This document shows positions 60,929-64,000 of a stretch of 64,000 nucleotides of DNA, in pieces. A program made the translations under genes and the position numbers. How positions within the stretch are numbered: position 1 is the first letter of the stretch; every line of letters starts with the position of its first letter. The stretch is from Nemertoderma westbladi (taxonomy: Eukaryota; Animalia; Xenacoelomorpha): contig JAUCBJ010008230.1 in the NCBI GenBank assembly GCA_032718475.1, forward strand, positions 1 through 64,000. The letters are read 5' to 3'. Under the pieces are notes generated by a model. The model worked only from the letters and a program-made list of their open reading frames with translations. It made no database searches and was not told the origin of the DNA.

Positions 60929-61702
60929 TGTTGGACGCAACTCACTTCGTATGCATTCCTCGTATGCAAATACAAGGAAATGCATAGGAGCGGGGTTGTG
61001 GTGATTTGCGTTGAGTTTTGTCTGGTGGGTATCAAAACAAAATTTTATTTTCAAAAATTTTATTTTCAAATTTTTTTGGAAAAATTAAAATTTTAAAATT
61101 AGAAAAGTGAACCCAAGACAATTCCAGACGCTGTGTATAGACGCGTTTTAGAATTCGTCTATAGATAAACAGTAATTTGAAAAGTCGTGAAGCCTGGAAA
61201 ATAGCATTTAGAAACCATGGTGACGGCTATATTACGTAGGAGTGTAAATTGAGTTTAGCAACTTCCACAGATTGGTGCCAACAGTGCAACTAAGGTGCTA
61301 AAGGTTAGTAGCACCAGAGGCGTACATGGACCCCACTCAGTAGTTTGCAGGATGTGTGATGTTCGATTATCAAACCTGTGGGTTTGGTATAGTCGAGTAT
61401 TGTGGCTATAGTCCTTTCTAACTACTGTAGTTTAGTACGAGTAATGGGAGTAGTTTGGGCATCAAAAAGTGAGTTGGTCACGGCCAGTTTATCTCCAAAG
61501 TTTTTGCGCTATGCATGGGAATAGGTTAGAGGATAGTTAGGAAGAGACGGGATCTAGAGAGTCGAACCTGAACTGCTGGAAGGCAGCTGGAAGGGGGGTT
61601 CGGGAAGTCTGTCCTTCGGCGACATCTAACTGATTACCCACAGTGTAATTGGTTTGCGTAACGGAACACTTATTGGGATATATATGTGTATACGCGGGCA
61701 TA

Positions 61703-62365
61703 ATGGAGAAGGATATTAGAGCGCAACCGCGCAGAGGATTTACTGCCAGAGAGGAGGCGGAGTTACCATTCGCGCGACCAGGATGTAAAGACTCGAACGT
61801 TTACTACCATGGGCGGTCGGTGATGGAGCTAAATGGGAAATACAAACCCACGATTCCCGACCGACTAGACGAGCAACATCCAGAACCGATATTAACGCGA
61901 TGTCCAGCTCACCAATTCCTTAGATATAACGAGGGAGGTTACCCGATGAGCAACCCGATGATCAGTATCGACTTCAGCGGAAAGCGACCTCCGAGACCCA
62001 TTACGCCGACCGTTACGACATTAGATCCGTATACGGAGATTAAACCCTGTTCGACACCCAGTTTGATAGAGACGGCAGCGGCCATTTCGCTGTACCGAGC
62101 CTATAAGGATCTAGAGGCGCGGCGCGAAGCGGTACGGGACTCGAGTTCCTGGACCACGTTCACTTCGCTTCACCAGGAGAGGAAGCTCACGCCTGAGTAT
62201 CCAGACGAGATTCGCGCCGTCCATCCGTCTACTAACTATATCCAAGATCCGCGGTTTATACGATATTTACTCCAAATTATTTCGGGAAGTTTCGACGAAC
62301 GCATTATTAAGCCCGAATATGTCCAATCCTTTATATATCATTGTCGCTCTGATATATACGTCTAG
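61703..62365 (+). CDS. Extra ORF of unknown function in the 3' region of the retrotransposon (220 aa from ATG 61703; track start 61649 is TTG)
   Basis: Stop-free 238 codons in an otherwise non-coding region; ATG in strong context (ATAATGG); no signal peptide or transmembrane run. Confidence 0.6.
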   Translation: MEKDIRAQPRRGFTAREEAELPFARPGCKDSNVYYHGRSVMELNGKYKPTIPDRLDEQHPEPILTRCPAHQFLRYNEGGYPMSNPMISIDFSGKRPPRPITPTVTTLDPYTEIKPCSTPSLIETAAAISLYRAYKDLEARREAVRDSSSWTTFTSLHQERKLTPEYPDEIRAVHPSTNYIQDPRFIRYLLQIISGSFDERIIKPEYVQSFIYHCRSDIYV

Positions 62366-63483
62366 AATTATTACCCAGCGCACAATTGGCGGCCTAAGGA
62401 GACTCGTTTGGGGTCATTGACCTCTGAACGAGTGGAGGATCAGGACCGCCGCGCCCACAGCGACAACAGCCGGAGCTCACAGCTCGCGGCAAGTACCAGA
62501 AGGAGGAGTCCTTGGCAAGCGTCAAGCCAAGGACGAGCAGTTCTATTCTACGGTTGAAGAAAAGGAGTTGGCGGAGGCGCCCACAGGGACACGGCAAATG
62601 GGACGAGGCCGAGGGAGGAGCCCAGAAGGACGAAAGCGAGACTGGTGTATCTGGAGAGGGGAGCGAGCCCGAGAGACCCAGGAGCTAGCCGATGAGACTA
62701 TAATATCACGGAGCGACAAACTCTAGACATATACATCATCGTCGCTCTGATGTATATCGTAGGTTTTGATCAATCATTCGACTGGACTCATATACACTAG
62801 TCGTATTCATAGTTTAGAGTTTTATTTTAGACGGCCGAAAAATATTGAAAGGAAATACTTTTATTTTATAGTCCGTTGGAAATATGATTTTGAGCCTATA
62901 CTATATTTGATTTTGTGTATATGACTTTATTTGCTCTAAAGTTTATTGAAAGAGGCAAAGGAAGTGATTGGGGAGACAAACCCGCGGGTTTGGCTTACTC
63001 CTATCACTTACCTGAGCAATCATCAAACCAAGGTGATTTGCGTTTTTATAAGAAATTAAGTAAAGTCCGAAAATGAAAGAAATTATTACGTATTTTATAT
63101 TTAATTTGATTATCGGCCTTTAATGCAATTTAGTTAAAAATTTAGCCTCAAATACGTTTATATTTAGTTTATCTTGTTAATGTTGATCGTTAATTTGAGA
63201 TGGGAAATGGGGGACATTGTCCTAGCCATGTTCCATTTCAATATGTAGATCGTCAATTTGTAAATAAATAAAGGAAGTAATATTTTGTAAATTTAATTTT
63301 GTATGTAGTAATCATTATGTAGAACGAACGAGAAACAATATTTTGTAAATTTAATTTGTATGTAATTCATTATGCAATATCTATGGCAATATTTGTAAAT
63401 AGTAGAATTATTATGTTATTTAGATTGGTTGGAAGAAATTTATTTTGTTTTGTATACATCACCTTATACTCTTCTACAGTTGG

Positions 63484-63515
63484 AGGGAAACATTATATGA
63501 TTTCCCTTGGAGCGG
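63484..63515 (+). promoter_or_regulatory. Hairpin plus short polypurine tract (GGAGCGG) immediately 5' of the 3' LTR
   Basis: AGGGAAA-CATTATATGA-TTTCCCT stem-loop, then TGGAGCGG|TGTTA. Confidence 0.7.
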
Positions 63516-64000
63516 TGTTACGGTATATGGCGCTGTATCCACATTATTAGTCGTTATACTGTATGCAGTATTAGTCCATTATGCAGTATGCAATATTAGT
63601 CCGTTATACTGTACGTAATATTAGTCCGTTGTGCAGTATAATTATTTAGATAAGGCACAGTGTGGTGACATTTAGGTAAGGAAGTTAAAACGCCCATATA
63701 TTTTGCATCCATTCATTTGTATAGTATGTAGCCCTACCTACGTAATTTTGTATTAGGATATATGTAGATAGTTCCAGGGTAGCGAGTTTATTCGGACCCT
63801 GGATTTTGTGCTTGCTGATATTAGTTTGATAGGGCTAGCATATAGGGACGCCGTCCTGGCCATTCAGCAGCCAGAGACGTGAACCATTACCATATATGGT
63901 AATAATTTGAGCAATAGGGCTACAATCCGGCCTCCTTATTGGATTAACTGCTTCCAGGTTGGTCTAATGCTAGCATGGACTGGAGAGCCAATAGGAGAGC
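63516..64000 (+). repeat. 3' LTR (truncated by window end)
   Basis: Direct repeat of 49296-49780 at offset 14,220. Confidence 0.97.

Larger units (their letters stand above)
49296..64000 (+). mobile_element. Apparently intact young BEL/Pao LTR retrotransposon (>14.7 kb) inserted in a satellite monomer; 3' LTR runs off the window
   Basis: Satellite breaks at ...TATAGAAGT|TGTTACGG. The same TGTTACGG... sequence restarts at 63516. Single uninterrupted gag-pol with domain order PR-RT-RH-IN. Confidence 0.97.

Noticed and set aside
61649-62365. env gene
   Set aside because: Too short, with no signal peptide, furin site/fusion peptide or transmembrane anchor.

Overview
Eukaryotic (probably invertebrate animal) repeat-rich window with no recognisable host genes. 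About 40 kb (9245-49295) is a tandem array of a ~415-bp AT-rich satellite (~91 monomers, two subtypes, nested higher-order duplications). It carries two near-identical copies of a 5'-truncated RTE-X-like LINE at the same monomer position, 15,603 bp apart. The array is flanked by two related but distinct BEL/Pao LTR retrotransposons, both with their 5' ends facing the array. The left one (minus strand) runs off the window start and has a single in-frame stop in gag. Its putative U3 is strikingly A-depleted/G-rich and holds a tRNA-like Pol III cassette. The right one (plus strand, from 49296) looks young and intact: a 2792-aa gag-pol, LTRs identical over the 485 bp visible, and an unusual 2.6-kb structured 3' region with an extra non-env ORF. 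All calls were made by eye from the sequence and ORF track; LTR inner boundaries and PBSs could not be fixed.
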